This document shows, in pieces, positions 8,979 to 18,712 of a DNA stretch of 64,000 nucleotides (the stretch's first letter is position 1; each line of letters opens with the position of its first letter). The stretch covers positions 128,001-192,000 of the forward strand of contig JBGPQV010000001.1 in NCBI GenBank assembly GCA_041489255.1, read 5' to 3'. The DNA is from Thermoplasmata archaeon. GTDB taxonomy: Archaea; Thermoplasmatota; Thermoplasmata; RBG-16-68-12; JAFNFQ01. Position numbers and translations under genes: made by a program. The notes below the pieces were generated by a model that had not been told where the DNA came from, ran no database searches, and was given only the letters and a program-made list of their open reading frames with translations.

Positions 8979-11720
8979 TTGAAAGACCTGGGTTTGGACA
9001 AGAGCATTGTCAGGGCTCTCGGCAAGCTCGGCATCAGCGAGTTCACCGAACCCCAGCTCCGCGCGATACCCCTAATCATGCAAGGCAAGAACGTTCTTCT
9101 CGTTGCCCCGACGGGGCTCGGCAAGACCGAGGCCGCGATTCTCCCACTGCTCCACAAGCTCATCACGGAGAAGCCCAAGCCCATCAGCCTACTCTACATC
9201 ACGCCCCTGAGATCGCTGAACAGGGACATGCTGCGTCGCATGACCTTCTTCGCCGAGGAATTGCATATACGCGTGGCGGTGAGGCACGGCGACACCTCGC
9301 CGCAGGAGAGAGCCGCCCTCTCCCGCAATCCTCCCGACATCCTCATTACAACGCCGGAAACGTTCCAGATACTATTCACTGGCACGAAGTTGAGGCAGCA
9401 GCTGCGGCAGGTGAGATGGGTCATCGTGGACGAGGTTCACGAGCTTGCCGACGACGAACGGGGAGGACAGCTCGCGATAGGGTTGGAGAGGCTCGCCGCT
9501 CTCGCGGGGAGACGTTTCCAGAGGATAGGGCTGTCTGCGACAGTCGGGACGCCGCAGGAAGCGGCCAGGTTCCTGGCGGGCACGAAAGACGGAATCGAAG
9601 TCGTGCAAGTGGCCGTCGTGAAGGACCTCGCGATAAATGTCGAGTACCCCGAGGTCACTCCGGCTGACGGGAAGCTCACCGACCAGATCCATGTGCAGCC
9701 GGGAATGGCGGCCGCCATGAGACGATGCATGGAGCTCGTGGACCGCCACAGATCCACTCTATTCTTCGTGAATACCAGGGACACCGCGGAATTCCTCTCT
9801 TCCCGGATGCGGGCAGCCTTTCCAGAGTCGAGCATCGGCGTCCACCACGGCTCTCTCGCCCGCGACGTCAGGATACAGATGGAAGACGAGTTCAAGTCTG
9901 AGAAACTCAAGACCCTTATCTGCACCTCTTCCCTGGAACTTGGAATTGACGTCGGCAGCGCGGACTTCACCCTTCAGTTCAACTCGCCTCGCCAAGTGAC
10001 CCGACTCGTACAGCGCGTGGGAAGATCGGGGCATGGGGTCGGCAAGACGTCAAAGGGCACGGTCATCGCGACATCGGAGGACGACATCGCGGAGGCAATG
10101 GTCATTGCAAGGAAGGCGCTCTCCGGGGAACTCGAGCCTCTCAGAGTGAGGCGCAACAACATGAGCGTCCTCGCGAACCAGCTCGTCTCGATGACGATGA
10201 CTCAGCCGTCGATGACCCTCGATGAGGCGTTCGAGCTCGTAAGAGGCGCATATCAGTACAGGGACCTCAAGAGAGTCGACTTCGAAGCATTGGCCAACCA
10301 GCTGGCTGAACTGAGAGTCTTGTGGTGCAGGGACGGCAGGATAGGGCGCTCTCGGGGATCGATGACCTACTTCTACGAGAACATCTCGATGATCCCTGAC
10401 GTGAGGACGTACCGCGTCACCGACATCCCCTCACGGAACGAGATAGGGACGCTCGATGAGTGGTTCGTCGCGGAGTATGCGAAGGAGGGCAGCACATTCG
10501 TCATGAAAGGGTTGGCATGGCGGTTCGTCGAGTTCAAGGAAGACAGGATACTGGTCGAGCCCGTGAAGGACATCGGGGAGGTGCCCAGCTGGATCGGCGA
10601 GGAAATCCCCGTGCCCCTCGACGTCGCGATGGAGGTGGGGAGGCTCAGGCGGGAGAGACATCTAGCGGACTACCCCGTGAACGAGGATGGCGGGAGAACC
10701 CTGGCCAAGCACCTCGATGAACAGGGAGAGCTCCCGACCCCCTCGGACAGACTCGTGACAATAGAGTCCTTGAAAGACATGATCGTCGTCAACGCGTGCT
10801 TCGGCACGAAGGTGAACGAGACTCTAGCCCAGCTGTTCACGGCTTTGTTGTCGGCGAGATTCGGACAGAGCGTCGGCGTCCGAACGGACCCGTATCGCAT
10901 AATCCTGCAAGTCCCGAGGGCGGTGCAGCCCGACCTGATCAAGACGATACTGATGCCTGATGACCCGTCCGCCATCGAGCCCCTGCTGCGCGTGGCGCTG
11001 AGGAACTCGCCCTATCTGCGCTGGTCGTTCGTCCATGTAGCCAAGAAGTTCGGCGCCCTCAGGAGGGACGTTGAATGGGAGGCGGTGAACATCCAGAGGC
11101 TGTTGAAGGTCTTTGACCGCACTCCGCTACTCGAGGAAGTCTTCGCGAAGGTATTCTGGGAGAGGCTCGACATCGAGGCAACTGCGGTGGTGCTCGAGAG
11201 AATCAAGAAGGGAGACATACGAATCGAGTTCTCCAAGCTATCTCCCATAGGCAAGGCCGGTCTCGGTCCTTATATGATGCTCATTGCCCCTGCCAAGGCA
11301 GATCATGCGACGCTCATGGCGCTGAAGCATAGGCTCGAAGAGTCGTTCATGGTGATGGTCTGTCTGAAATGCAAAAGCAGCTGGAGGACGCGGGTGGGAG
11401 GCTTGAAGGAGAAAGTGCGCTGCCCTCAATGCGATGGCATGATGATTGCGGCTCTCAGGCCATATGAGAGGGAACTTGCCGAGCGCGTCCGCAGGCGGGA
11501 GGGGAAGCTCTCCGAGGGAGAATACAGGAAGCTTCGAACGATAGCCAGTCTGGTCGCGGCCAATGGGAGAAAGGCGGTAATCGCGCTTGCCGCGAGGGGG
11601 GTAGGTCCAGAAACCGCCGCGAGAATATTGAGGGGGCTCCATGACACCGAGGAGGACTTCCTCAGGAGCGTGTTGGCGGCCGAGGTCAATTACGCGAGGA
11701 CGAAGCGCTTTTGGGACTAG
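8979..11720 (+). CDS. lhr: Lhr-family ATP-dependent helicase
   Basis: APTGLGKT, DEVH, GLSAT, HHGSL, TSSLELGIDVG and QRVGRSGH motifs, C-terminal CxxC..CxxC and GVGPETA. Confidence 0.93.
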   Translation: MKDLGLDKSIVRALGKLGISEFTEPQLRAIPLIMQGKNVLLVAPTGLGKTEAAILPLLHKLITEKPKPISLLYITPLRSLNRDMLRRMTFFAEELHIRVAVRHGDTSPQERAALSRNPPDILITTPETFQILFTGTKLRQQLRQVRWVIVDEVHELADDERGGQLAIGLERLAALAGRRFQRIGLSATVGTPQEAARFLAGTKDGIEVVQVAVVKDLAINVEYPEVTPADGKLTDQIHVQPGMAAAMRRCMELVDRHRSTLFFVNTRDTAEFLSSRMRAAFPESSIGVHHGSLARDVRIQMEDEFKSEKLKTLICTSSLELGIDVGSADFTLQFNSPRQVTRLVQRVGRSGHGVGKTSKGTVIATSEDDIAEAMVIARKALSGELEPLRVRRNNMSVLANQLVSMTMTQPSMTLDEAFELVRGAYQYRDLKRVDFEALANQLAELRVLWCRDGRIGRSRGSMTYFYENISMIPDVRTYRVTDIPSRNEIGTLDEWFVAEYAKEGSTFVMKGLAWRFVEFKEDRILVEPVKDIGEVPSWIGEEIPVPLDVAMEVGRLRRERHLADYPVNEDGGRTLAKHLDEQGELPTPSDRLVTIESLKDMIVVNACFGTKVNETLAQLFTALLSARFGQSVGVRTDPYRIILQVPRAVQPDLIKTILMPDDPSAIEPLLRVALRNSPYLRWSFVHVAKKFGALRRDVEWEAVNIQRLLKVFDRTPLLEEVFAKVFWERLDIEATAVVLERIKKGDIRIEFSKLSPIGKAGLGPYMMLIAPAKADHATLMALKHRLEESFMVMVCLKCKSSWRTRVGGLKEKVRCPQCDGMMIAALRPYERELAERVRRREGKLSEGEYRKLRTIASLVAANGRKAVIALAARGVGPETAARILRGLHDTEEDFLRSVLAAEVNYARTKRFWD

Positions 11721-12072
11721 CTTTCGCCTTTCCCAGCCTCCTTACCGCCGACTCGAGCTTTTGGATGGTTCGAGCGAAATCGTCGCGCGCGGCGTTCAGC
11801 ATATCTTGGACAGGGCGTAGCGAGTACTCGTAAGCGATCTTCCTCGAACCACGCGGAACCGCCCTTCTTTGCAGGAGACCCCGCCGTACGAGGAGGGACA
11901 GGTGTTTCCGGACGCTCCTCTCGGACATCCGCACGTGCTTCACCAGCTCCTTCACGGGCAGGAACCTGCCAGCCCGAGCGAGGCTCTCCATGATTCTCTC
12001 TGCGGTCCGCGGAAGACTTAGGGCTTCGCTCATGCTCCGGACTATGCGCAGTCTCGGCTTGCTCTTCGGCAC
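11686..12072 (-). CDS. Winged-helix transcriptional regulator (TrmB/ArsR-like)
   Basis: VKELVKHVRMSERSVRKHLSLLVRRGLLQR...YEY pattern. Its 3' end overlaps lhr convergently. Confidence 0.75.
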   Translation of the reverse strand: MPKSKPRLRIVRSMSEALSLPRTAERIMESLARAGRFLPVKELVKHVRMSERSVRKHLSLLVRRGLLQRRAVPRGSRKIAYEYSLRPVQDMLNAARDDFARTIQKLESAVRRLGKAKASPKSASSSRN

Positions 12073-12225
12073 GTCAATACGCCCATATATCGACAGATAT
12101 ATGAAATTTATTCTTCATAGATGCCCGCATCCTCTCCTGAATCGGGAAAAGGATAAATAGAGTGAATCCAATCGCTTTGTCACTTCAGAGGGCAGGCCCG
12201 TCACGACTTCGAAAGGGAGCATTCG

Positions 12226-13968
12226 ATGACCGACTACGACCCCAATGGCGCGAAGATCGTCCTCACCTCGCCGCGAAGCGAAATCAGCAGGTTCAGCGGC
12301 GACCCGTTCTCGGCTTTCATGGCCGTCTTCCCTGAGAAGGTAATACCACGCTTCATCCTCAGACCCAAGTGGTTCAAGCCGGAGAACAACCCAGACGGCT
12401 CCGCGAAGTTCGTGCCATATGGCCTCAGGAAGGTCGAATCACTTCTGCTGAAGGAATTCCCCCGGGAAGACATCGTGTGCTGCCATCCGGACAATCTGGA
12501 TAGGTTCGTAGGTCCGAATACGAAGATAGTCGGGATATCTAGCATGGACCCGATGGGGCTGGCCTATGTCTCGGTCACCTACAACTCCATGATTGCTGTG
12601 CCGGGGGATTCGTTCGATGCCGATCAATTCAAGGATTTGATCAACCACAGGGTGCTCAAGAAGTTCGACCCATTCATCGTTCTCGGCGGGCCAGGAGCGT
12701 GGCAGGTGCGCCATGCGAGAAAGGTCGAGGAATATGGCATCGACCTCATGATGCACGGGGAAGTCGAACTGAATGTGGCGGACACGTTCAAGAGAATCTT
12801 GGCGGGAGAGAAGATGCCGTCGGAAATTCTCGGCAGCAAAGTGCCGATTGGCAACATCTCCACCATACAGTCCGCGGCGAGCCACGGCGTCGTCGAGATC
12901 ACGCGGGGGTGCGGCCGCGGATGCCAGTTCTGCTCGCCGACCAACCGCAGGCGACACTCGTTGCCACTCGACCACATAATGAAGGAGGTGGAAGTGAACG
13001 TCAAGGGAGGCAGCGACTCGATCTTCATCGCGACTGAGGACATGTTTCTCTACGAGTGCGGACCGAAGTTCGAGCCGAACGAGACCGCACTCGAGAAGTT
13101 GTTCAGGTCAATCGCTGACTATCCAGGTGTCAACTTCATCCATCTCTCTCACATCGCCATAGCGCCGGTCGTCTACAACCCCAAGATGGTGGAGACGATT
13201 TCACCGATTCTCATGGAGAAGACCAGATACACACCCGAGTTCAGACCGAACTACCCGAGGCCGTTCATCACGGCCCTCTTCGGAATCGAGTCGGGCAGCG
13301 TCCGCATCATGAAAAAGTACATGCGGGGCAAAATCTGGCCCTTTGACATCGAGAAGTACCATGAGGTCGTCGTCCAGGGCACGGGCATACTGAACGACAA
13401 CGGCTGGCGGCCAATGGCCACGCTCATGACCGGCTGGCCGGACGAGACACCGGCAGATACCGTTCAGACGCTTGAGCTGCTGGACAAGCTCAAGGGCCAC
13501 GAGATGTTCCTTGTCCCGCTCCTCTTCACCCCGCTCGAGGACACCAAGCTCAGGGACGAGCACATCATGTCCCTCGAGAAGCTGACGGACGCGCAGTGGG
13601 ACGTTTTCGGCTCGGCTTGGAAGTTCAACATCGACGTCTGGGATCCGAATAGCCAGCCGTTCTTCTCCTTCGCAGCGCTCTTCGCCTACTTCGCCTACTT
13701 CAGATGGAAACATGGACCGAAGGTCTGGAAGACCATCGCCAGGATCGCGGGCGTGCCGAGCAAGTTCCCTCTGCTGGGACCGGGGAGCTGCGACCCAAGG
13801 CTCTGTGTGGAGAACCCGAGCGTGGCGGGTGAAAATGTGGATGCTGTACCTTATGTACCTCAGACACACCTGGGAGAACTCAAAGCCAATCAACTGCAGC
13901 AGACAAGGACTGGTTTCGACGGGAATTCCCGCCAGCCGCAGGGCTCCCTCAGACGGTCTCGAACTTGA
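12226..13968 (+). CDS. Radical SAM protein with N-terminal B12-binding-like domain
   Basis: EITRGCGRGCQFC (CxxxCxxC), PYGLRKVE, GG.GAWQ and GIESGS motifs. Confidence 0.9.
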   Translation: MTDYDPNGAKIVLTSPRSEISRFSGDPFSAFMAVFPEKVIPRFILRPKWFKPENNPDGSAKFVPYGLRKVESLLLKEFPREDIVCCHPDNLDRFVGPNTKIVGISSMDPMGLAYVSVTYNSMIAVPGDSFDADQFKDLINHRVLKKFDPFIVLGGPGAWQVRHARKVEEYGIDLMMHGEVELNVADTFKRILAGEKMPSEILGSKVPIGNISTIQSAASHGVVEITRGCGRGCQFCSPTNRRRHSLPLDHIMKEVEVNVKGGSDSIFIATEDMFLYECGPKFEPNETALEKLFRSIADYPGVNFIHLSHIAIAPVVYNPKMVETISPILMEKTRYTPEFRPNYPRPFITALFGIESGSVRIMKKYMRGKIWPFDIEKYHEVVVQGTGILNDNGWRPMATLMTGWPDETPADTVQTLELLDKLKGHEMFLVPLLFTPLEDTKLRDEHIMSLEKLTDAQWDVFGSAWKFNIDVWDPNSQPFFSFAALFAYFAYFRWKHGPKVWKTIARIAGVPSKFPLLGPGSCDPRLCVENPSVAGENVDAVPYVPQTHLGELKANQLQQTRTGFDGNSRQPQGSLRRSRT

Positions 13969-14173
13969 ACAGGACTTTCATGCCTTTCAAGGTCGCTTGG
14001 ACCAAGTCGGCGAGATCCAGAGTTTCTGAGGGGTCAACGGCTTTCTTGGGCCAGGAGTAGACGAAATCATAGTTCCCTGTCATCGGCTTGAAACCGATCC
14101 CCTGAAGCAGGGAGGAGACCTCGGATGGCCTGCCGCCCTCCGTGGTGAAAGTGATGGTGAGATACGTTTTCAT
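13949..14173 (-). CDS. Small conserved archaeal hypothetical protein
   Basis: 74-aa ORF MKTYL...EG.RPSEV...L...GF.P..G.YDFVY.W...LKG..V.F..ET with ferredoxin-like beta/alpha alternation. Confidence 0.7.
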   Translation of the reverse strand: MKTYLTITFTTEGGRPSEVSSLLQGIGFKPMTGNYDFVYSWPKKAVDPSETLDLADLVQATLKGMKVLFKFETV

Positions 14174-14362
14174 GGACGGGCAATGGCAACCTTCGGGGCG
14201 GAGATAAATGTTGTGCCGGGCACGAGGTTGTCAAGAAATTAGGGATATCTGGCTGCGGAGCGGACCTGTCGTGTCTTGTCTTCTCCATAAGCCAGGTGCC
14301 GTTAGCTTTCTTTCCCGGGCATTTCATCCCTAAGAATTCGATAACGCCGCCGGGCACCCGTG

Positions 14363-16885
14363 TCAGGTAGATCCGCGCCTGACCAACCTCTTGAACGCGG
14401 CCTCGTAGCGCAGGAAGTTATCCGACGTCACGAAGCCATTCACGATATCGGCCGGCATGTTCGCTATGAATTTGTCCACGACGGTGAGGGCGTCTCTCGC
14501 GCTCTCGACCTGCTCCTCGTAGTCCTTCAGCTTCCTCTCTAATTCCTTCATCCGGTCGTCGAACGGGATGACCTCTTCCGGGTCCTTGCCAGTTGTCCTC
14601 GGTTTCCCCTTCGCCAGCTCCTCCTCGCTGGCCCTAATCCCAGCCTGGATCTGCGTTATCTCCTTGTGAGACTTCTCCAATAGGGCTTCCCTGTTCCTGA
14701 GATCCTTCTCCAACTCAGCGAGTCTCCGGCTCTCCTCCTCAAAATCGCGGACCTGCTTTGTGGTTGCCGCCATCTCTGCGTGGCGGGAGTCGAGCTCCTT
14801 TTCCCGGTTCACAAGCCGACCCTCCTTTTGCAGGAACTCCGATTCTCTGGAGGCCAGCTGCCTGGCTTTCTCCTCCAGTTCGTTCGTCTTGGCGTCCATC
14901 TCCGTCCTCAGCGCCTCTATGGAAGCCACGGCCTCGCCCATGCGCTTTTCGCGTTCCGCCATCGCGTCCTCTGCGGCCTTCACTCTCTCGTTCAGCGACG
15001 CCTCCTTCCTCTCCATCTCCCTCTTCACGGCTTCCATCGATCGGTCCTCACCCGCAGCTGACCGCCTGAGATCCTCGGACTTCTTTGCCTCCTCCGCCTG
15101 TGTCCGCTGCAGGTCCAGCACGCGGGCTTCCACGAGCCGTGCCTCCGCGAGCCGCTTCTCCAATTCCTCGCCCAGCCTCTTCGCCATCTCCCTCTCGGCA
15201 TCGACCGCCTCGCGCTCGCGCCTGATTGATGCGCGCACCGCGTCCACTTGGGCCATGTTCATCTTGAACGTCTCTTTCGCCTGGTCCGCCTCGCGTTCCT
15301 TGACGGCCAGATCCTGCTCCTTCTTCCTCATTCTCTCTTCCTTCGCGCCAATCTCCGCCTCAATGCCTTTGACCGCCGCGGCCTTCTGCTCGGTCTCGCG
15401 TAAGCGCGCAGCGAGGCTGTTTTCCTGCTGCCGCGTCGAATCCTGCCTGACTTTCAAATCGGCGTCCATCGCCTCGATCGGGGCTGTCCTCTTGTCCAGC
15501 TCGCGGTCCCTGGCGGTGAGCTCCTGTTCCATGCGCGTGATGCTCTCCTCCCTCGCCGCGAACTTCGACTCCATCGCAGCGGTCATTGCCGACCTGTCAC
15601 CGACTTCCTTCTCTCTCTTGACCAGCTCTTGTTCCTTCTGCTTCAGGACATTTTCTTTCGCGGCGAGTTTTGCCTGGGTGACCTCGATTGGCGCGGCTTT
15701 TCGTTCTATCTCCTTCTCCCTCGCGAGCAGCTCCTCTTCTTTCCTCTTCGCCGTGGCTTCATTCTCCAGGAGCCCTTTCAATGTCCTGTCGATGGTCGCG
15801 ACCTTCTCGCCCACTTCTCGCTCGCGGACCCTCTCCTCGCTCAAAGTCCTCTCTCTGTCCGCGCGGATCTGGTCCATCTGGAGGCGCAACGACTCCTGCA
15901 CGGACATCAGAGATGCGGCATGCTGGCCCACATCCGCCAGCTTCTTCGAGGCCTCCTCTATCGCCGCGATGTTGCCCTCCCTCTGCTGTATGTCAGCGAT
16001 CTCGGCCCTTATCCTCTCCTCCTGCTCCTTCATTTGGGCCTCGAGGGACCTGAGGGCTTCCTCCCTCCTCTCAATCTCCGCCTTGCTTGCCGCCATCTCC
16101 GCTTCCTTTCCGGCCATCTGCGCAATCTGCTCTTCGAGTTTCTTCCTCGAATCATCGAGCGCGAATCGCTCCTTGCCGAGATCCAACAGCTTCTCTTCGA
16201 AATCGCGCACGCGAGCGTCCATGTCCTCCATGAGAACTGCAATCTCGCGCGTGTTGACCAATACCTCTCGGGCGATCTCGTATTCTGACTCCAAGCTCGA
16301 CGGGCGCTTTTCGGGCATAGCGGGTATCTCCTCCGACTTGGGGGCTTCTTCCACCGCCTCTTCGGCTGGTTCTTCAACAACTGGTATTTGGATTCGGGTC
16401 ACCGGCTGCGGGGCTTCGGGCGGCGGTGGTTCCTCCGGCCCGAGGCGATCCGGCGGTGGGGTGGGTTCTTCAATCACCGCAGGTTCGTCCATGATTGGCT
16501 GCACGATTTCAGCGGACTCTGCCGCCATCATCGGCGGGGGCGGCGTCGGCATGTATTGCACTGATTCCGCTGGCGGTACCGGAATCTGCGGTTCGACCGG
16601 TTTCCTCCTTGAGGGGAATGGACTCAGCCAAACGTATTCCACCCCATCCCCGCCCTGCGCCTCGACGAATCGGATGAGTCTACCCTTCATTTCGTCGACG
16701 TCGCCGGAGTCGTCGATGTGGTAGGCCTTGCACAGATTCTTGAGAGGGCGCTCCTGCGTGTAGGACATGATCGCCCTGGCGGGGAGCAGCTGCACATGCA
16801 AGGTCCGCTCGACGACAATCGCCGAGGCGATGAGCACAGCCGCCAGGATGATGAATGCATTCAGTCCCAACACGTCAACTGACAA
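14363..16885 (-). CDS. Membrane-anchored long coiled-coil protein with SAP/HeH-like motif and Pro/Glu-rich linker; true start probably upstream (frame open to 16978)
   Basis: N-terminal hydrophobic helix, LKNLCKAYHIDDSGDVDEMKGRL motif, ~550 aa of E/K/R/A-rich heptads. Confidence 0.8.
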   Translation of the reverse strand: MSVDVLGLNAFIILAAVLIASAIVVERTLHVQLLPARAIMSYTQERPLKNLCKAYHIDDSGDVDEMKGRLIRFVEAQGGDGVEYVWLSPFPSRRKPVEPQIPVPPAESVQYMPTPPPPMMAAESAEIVQPIMDEPAVIEEPTPPPDRLGPEEPPPPEAPQPVTRIQIPVVEEPAEEAVEEAPKSEEIPAMPEKRPSSLESEYEIAREVLVNTREIAVLMEDMDARVRDFEEKLLDLGKERFALDDSRKKLEEQIAQMAGKEAEMAASKAEIERREEALRSLEAQMKEQEERIRAEIADIQQREGNIAAIEEASKKLADVGQHAASLMSVQESLRLQMDQIRADRERTLSEERVREREVGEKVATIDRTLKGLLENEATAKRKEEELLAREKEIERKAAPIEVTQAKLAAKENVLKQKEQELVKREKEVGDRSAMTAAMESKFAAREESITRMEQELTARDRELDKRTAPIEAMDADLKVRQDSTRQQENSLAARLRETEQKAAAVKGIEAEIGAKEERMRKKEQDLAVKEREADQAKETFKMNMAQVDAVRASIRREREAVDAEREMAKRLGEELEKRLAEARLVEARVLDLQRTQAEEAKKSEDLRRSAAGEDRSMEAVKREMERKEASLNERVKAAEDAMAEREKRMGEAVASIEALRTEMDAKTNELEEKARQLASRESEFLQKEGRLVNREKELDSRHAEMAATTKQVRDFEEESRRLAELEKDLRNREALLEKSHKEITQIQAGIRASEEELAKGKPRTTGKDPEEVIPFDDRMKELERKLKDYEEQVESARDALTVVDKFIANMPADIVNGFVTSDNFLRYEAAFKRLVRRGST

Positions 16886-17151
16886 GCCTGAAGGTACAGG
16901 AACGCAGATGACGAACAGGATTATGAGTCCGATAAGGACTACTTGCCAGTACTTCAGCCCTGACGTTGATTCTCCCCCTCAACCCGAGGGGTTGTTTTAT
17001 GAGTCTCAGGCTACTTAAAAGCTTCCGTGGAAACGATGCCTCGATGGCGGGCGAGAGTAATCAAAGGCGGGGATGTTCGCGCGCGGCAGTCTGCAATCCC
17101 CTTCATCTCCAAAATGATTAATAGCGGGTCGCGTTTGATGGCAGGAAGCCC

Positions 17152-17427
17152 ATGGAACTCAAGCTCTTGAGCGAAGAAAAGAATACCGCCAAGATAGAGG
17201 TGACCGACTCCGACGACACAGCCATCAACCTCCTGGTCAGCGAGCTGCTGAAGTCTTCGGACGTCGCCGAGGCAGGCTATTACATCGGCCACCCTCACCT
17301 CGACAAGCCGCTGCTCACGGTGAAGACGAAGAGGTCGAAACCCCAAGCCGCCATCAAGAAGGCTGCAGAGGGGCTCGCGGAACAGTACCGCGATTTGAGG
17401 ATGCTCCTTGAGAAGGAGCTGAAGTAG
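17152..17427 (+). CDS. rpoL: DNA-directed RNA polymerase subunit L (Rpo11)
   Basis: D.T..NLL...L.....V..AGY.I.HP...KP.L.VKT motif, 91 aa. Confidence 0.9.
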   Translation: MELKLLSEEKNTAKIEVTDSDDTAINLLVSELLKSSDVAEAGYYIGHPHLDKPLLTVKTKRSKPQAAIKKAAEGLAEQYRDLRMLLEKELK

Positions 17428-17431
17428 TGTT

Positions 17432-18712
17432 ATGGAGAGAGACGTAGGCATAGAGGTCTACCTGACCACCACCCGGGGGTTTGGCGGCAGGATAAAAGTC
17501 AATCCTGAGGATTTCGTCGTCAGCGAGATTCCAATTCTACCGCCGCGCGAGGAGGGCGGGAGATACACGGCAGCTTGGATCAGGACCAGGAACTGGGAGA
17601 CCAACCGCCTGGTCAGGATGATGTCGAGAGAACTGCGGATCTCCCGCAAGCGGATCAGTTTCGCGGGGACGAAAGACAAGCGGGCCCTCACCTCTCAGCT
17701 TTTCCAGTTCGACGCTCCAATCGATCTCGTTGGCGGCTTGAGAATCAAGGACGTCGAGTTGCTGGATTTCTACCAGACATCGAAGAAGGTCGAGATTGGC
17801 GACCTCCGGGGCAACCGCTTCGACATCATCATCCGGGATATCCGACTGTCGGGAGAGGAGACGGCTAAGCTCGCGACCGCCACCGCCGCGGAGCTTGCGG
17901 CGGCGGGAGGCTTCCCCAACTTCTTCGGCGTGCAGAGGTTCGGATCTATCAGGCCGATAACGCACATCGTCGGGAGGCATATCGTCAGAGGGGGATTCAA
18001 GGCGGCGGTGGACGCCTATGTCGCAAACCCGATCGAGGGCGAGGACGAGCAGGCATTCGAAGTCAGGACCGCGCTCGAGCAGAGCGGGGATTATGGCGAG
18101 GCCCTGAAGACGTATCCCGATGTGATGAGCTTCGAGAAGGCCATCCTGAACCATCTCGTCAAGCATCCGGATGATCATATAGGTGCGCTGGAGCAGCTCC
18201 CCTTCAACCTGCTGATGATGTTCGTCCACGGCTACCAGTCCTACCTGTTCAATCGCATTCTCAGCGAGAGGATCAAACGCAGAATGCCGCTGAGCATGCC
18301 GACTGTGGGCGACGTGGTCATGGCGGTGGGCAAAGACGGTCTGCCTGATGATCGACATTTCGTCCCAGTGACGGGGGATAATATTGAGAAGGTAGGTAGG
18401 CAGACATCAAGCGGCAAAGCGTTCGTCACAGGAGTATTATTCGGGTCGGAATCCACCCTCGCCGCCGGTGAAATGGGGGAGATCGAGAAGGGAGTCGTCG
18501 AATCAGAGGGACTGAGACCGCACGACTTCACGCTGCCGGCAATGCCACGGCTCTCTTCCAAGGGCACGAGGCGACCCCTCGCGATGCCCCTGCCGAGGAT
18601 GGACGTGAAACCTTCAGACGGATCGGTCGAAACGAAGTTCGAGCTCTCGAAGGGCTGCTACGCGACGATTCTCCTGAGGGAGTTCATGAAGGTCGACCCA
18701 CTCAAGGGCTAG
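17432..18712 (+). CDS. truD: tRNA pseudouridine(13) synthase
   Basis: PEDFVVSE, FAGTKDKRALT.Q, GNRF.I, PNFFG.QRFG and F.L.KG.YAT..LRE motifs. Confidence 0.96.
   Translation: MERDVGIEVYLTTTRGFGGRIKVNPEDFVVSEIPILPPREEGGRYTAAWIRTRNWETNRLVRMMSRELRISRKRISFAGTKDKRALTSQLFQFDAPIDLVGGLRIKDVELLDFYQTSKKVEIGDLRGNRFDIIIRDIRLSGEETAKLATATAAELAAAGGFPNFFGVQRFGSIRPITHIVGRHIVRGGFKAAVDAYVANPIEGEDEQAFEVRTALEQSGDYGEALKTYPDVMSFEKAILNHLVKHPDDHIGALEQLPFNLLMMFVHGYQSYLFNRILSERIKRRMPLSMPTVGDVVMAVGKDGLPDDRHFVPVTGDNIEKVGRQTSSGKAFVTGVLFGSESTLAAGEMGEIEKGVVESEGLRPHDFTLPAMPRLSSKGTRRPLAMPLPRMDVKPSDGSVETKFELSKGCYATILLREFMKVDPLKG

Noticed and set aside
11686-11720. Convergent 3' overlaps (lhr/wHTH, also 13949-13968) as antisense regulation
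   Set aside because: Short convergent overlaps are commonplace in compact archaeal genomes.
14760-16724. 654-aa Ser/Phe/Ala-rich plus-strand ORF
   Set aside because: Antisense shadow of the E/K/R-rich coiled-coil gene, with no independent motifs.
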